NCBI GenBank assembly: GCA_048885865.1
Contig: JBHLLF010000039.1
Span: forward strand, 1-24,524
Direction: 5' to 3'
DNA from: Candidatus Hermodarchaeota archaeon
GTDB lineage: Archaea; Asgardarchaeota; Thorarchaeia; Thorarchaeales; Thorarchaeaceae
Length of the DNA: 24,524 bases
Positions 23,413 through 24,524 of this stretch are shown piece after piece (the first letter of the stretch is position 1; each line of letters begins with the position of its first letter). The translations under genes were made by a program, and so were the position numbers. The notes under the pieces were generated by a model. That model did no database searches. It saw nothing but the letters and a program-made list of their open reading frames with translations, and was not told where the DNA came from.

Positions 23413-24524
23413 ATGAGTGAATATTCAGGAGGCGTTTCCAGAACTGCGTTTGTTGCAGTCTTGCTAATCGCGATCATTGGAACCGCCGGATTAACGTATA
23501 TCTTCTTAGGTGGATTGCCTGGTCCGACTACTACAACAACCACGACTACGACAACCACCACACCTGGAGATGAATATACGTTACACATTCTTACTAGGCA
23601 TAGTGTTGCTATTCAGAATTTATATGAAGCAGAATTCCTAGCAACTGACGCTGCCATAGACGCCGGTATAACCAACATTGAGTGGCAAGATCCATACGAC
23701 AATCTATGGCCTCCCATACTTGACGATGGATGGGCAGACGTCATTTGGGGTGGCGGACCAACTGTGTTCGACAACCTAATGACCGATGGTTACCTTGAGC
23801 CATGGACAAGTGCTATGATGGTAGCAGCTGCTGCAAGAGTTCCTGATACCTATGGAGGAGTTGACTTGAAGAGGAGTGACGGTGGTGATATCATGTGGGT
23901 GTCAGCAGCCACCTCCGGATTCGGATTCACAGTCAATGATTACTTCTGTGATGCAAATGGCTTGCCAAACTCCACAATTGCTGCAAACTGGACCGATCTA
24001 GCCAGTCCAACACTTGCTCAGTATCTACCTATACTGCCAACAGTTGCTGTTGCAGATGCATATGCATCATCATCAGTCAGACGCGCATATGAGATCATCA
24101 CCCAAGGTTATGGATGGGATGCAGGTTGGTCGATTCTGGCACGAATTGTCGGAAACGGTGGATTCTATGGTGGATCTTCAGCTGTCAAGGAAGCAGCTGA
24201 GCAGGGTGCAGTTGGCTATGGATTAACGATTGACTTCTATGGCTTTCAATCAACGAATGTCAATCCGAATGTCGTATACATCAGCCCTGGTGACTACAAC
24301 ATTGTCAACGGAGATCCAATTGCAATTTCCTCTACAAGTACTCAGAAAGGACTTGCTGAGGTCTTCGTAGATTACGTTCTAAGTGCTGAGGGTCAGGCTG
24401 TCTGGACAAACCCTGAAGCCCTTAGGCTTCCAGTCATGGTTGAGGCTTTTGACGAACCTACTGCTGATCCATTCTGGGGTCCGTTCCTAGAAAATGTCTA
24501 CACTGAAACTGCAGCAGCTGTCGT
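23413..24524 (+). CDS. ABC transporter substrate-binding protein (Fe3+/AfuA-like family), truncated by window end
   Basis: Absent from the ORF track because it has no stop in the window. Translated by hand: MSEYSGGVSRTAFVAVLLIAIIG... membrane anchor, Thr12 linker, ILTRH, DVIWGGG, SGFGFTVN, WTDLA, IDFYG, NGDPIAI and LSAEGQ. Confidence 0.88.
   Translation, partial: MSEYSGGVSRTAFVAVLLIAIIGTAGLTYIFLGGLPGPTTTTTTTTTTTTPGDEYTLHILTRHSVAIQNLYEAEFLATDAAIDAGITNIEWQDPYDNLWPPILDDGWADVIWGGGPTVFDNLMTDGYLEPWTSAMMVAAAARVPDTYGGVDLKRSDGGDIMWVSAATSGFGFTVNDYFCDANGLPNSTIAANWTDLASPTLAQYLPILPTVAVADAYASSSVRRAYEIITQGYGWDAGWSILARIVGNGGFYGGSSAVKEAAEQGAVGYGLTIDFYGFQSTNVNPNVVYISPGDYNIVNGDPIAISSTSTQKGLAEVFVDYVLSAEGQAVWTNPEALRLPVMVEAFDEPTADPFWGPFLENVYTETAAAV
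23527..23562 (+). repeat. Poly-threonine (ACN)12 coding linker
   Basis: ACT ACT ACA ACA ACC ACG ACT ACG ACA ACC ACC ACA. The mixed codons suggest selection at the protein level. Confidence 0.85.

Noticed and set aside
23340-23588. Minus-strand poly-Val ORF
   Set aside because: It is the antisense shadow of the poly-Thr linker of the binding protein.
5764-24524. Integrated element at the tRNA-Gln 3' end
   Set aside because: No integrase or transposase, no duplicated tRNA 3' end noticed, and the downstream genes are housekeeping.

Overview
This 24.5 kb window is archaeal chromosomal DNA, mostly housekeeping and metabolic genes. An Asgard (Thorarchaeia-like) host is inferred from the archaeal PoK/PPS CoA route, a stand-alone diverged EF-2 paralog, an MglA-like small GTPase, tetraether synthase and a tRNA-Gln with A1-U72. 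Gene order: pantoate kinase, phosphopantothenate synthetase and ketopantoate reductase operon; MBL hydrolase and class V PLP enzyme (minus strand); MglA-like GTPase; tRNA-Gln(CTG); SAM methyltransferase; EF-2 paralog; M20 hydrolase; IleRS2 with non-canonical GVHH/EMHKS motifs (minus); Zn-finger-like hypothetical; MazG-like pyrophosphatase; Tes radical SAM enzyme; PhzF-family protein; TldD and PmbA; trans-prenyl diphosphate synthase; hypothetical (minus); truncated ABC substrate-binding protein. No mobile element, CRISPR array or rRNA was seen. The least explained signal is in the intergenic DNA. Two stand-alone, TATA-preceded, strongly base-paired elements (~5932-6043 and ~17371-17506) each also span a 36-38 codon ORF. 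Structured 5' leaders precede the EF-2 paralog, ileS and tes. All structures were paired by eye and need covariation or expression tests.
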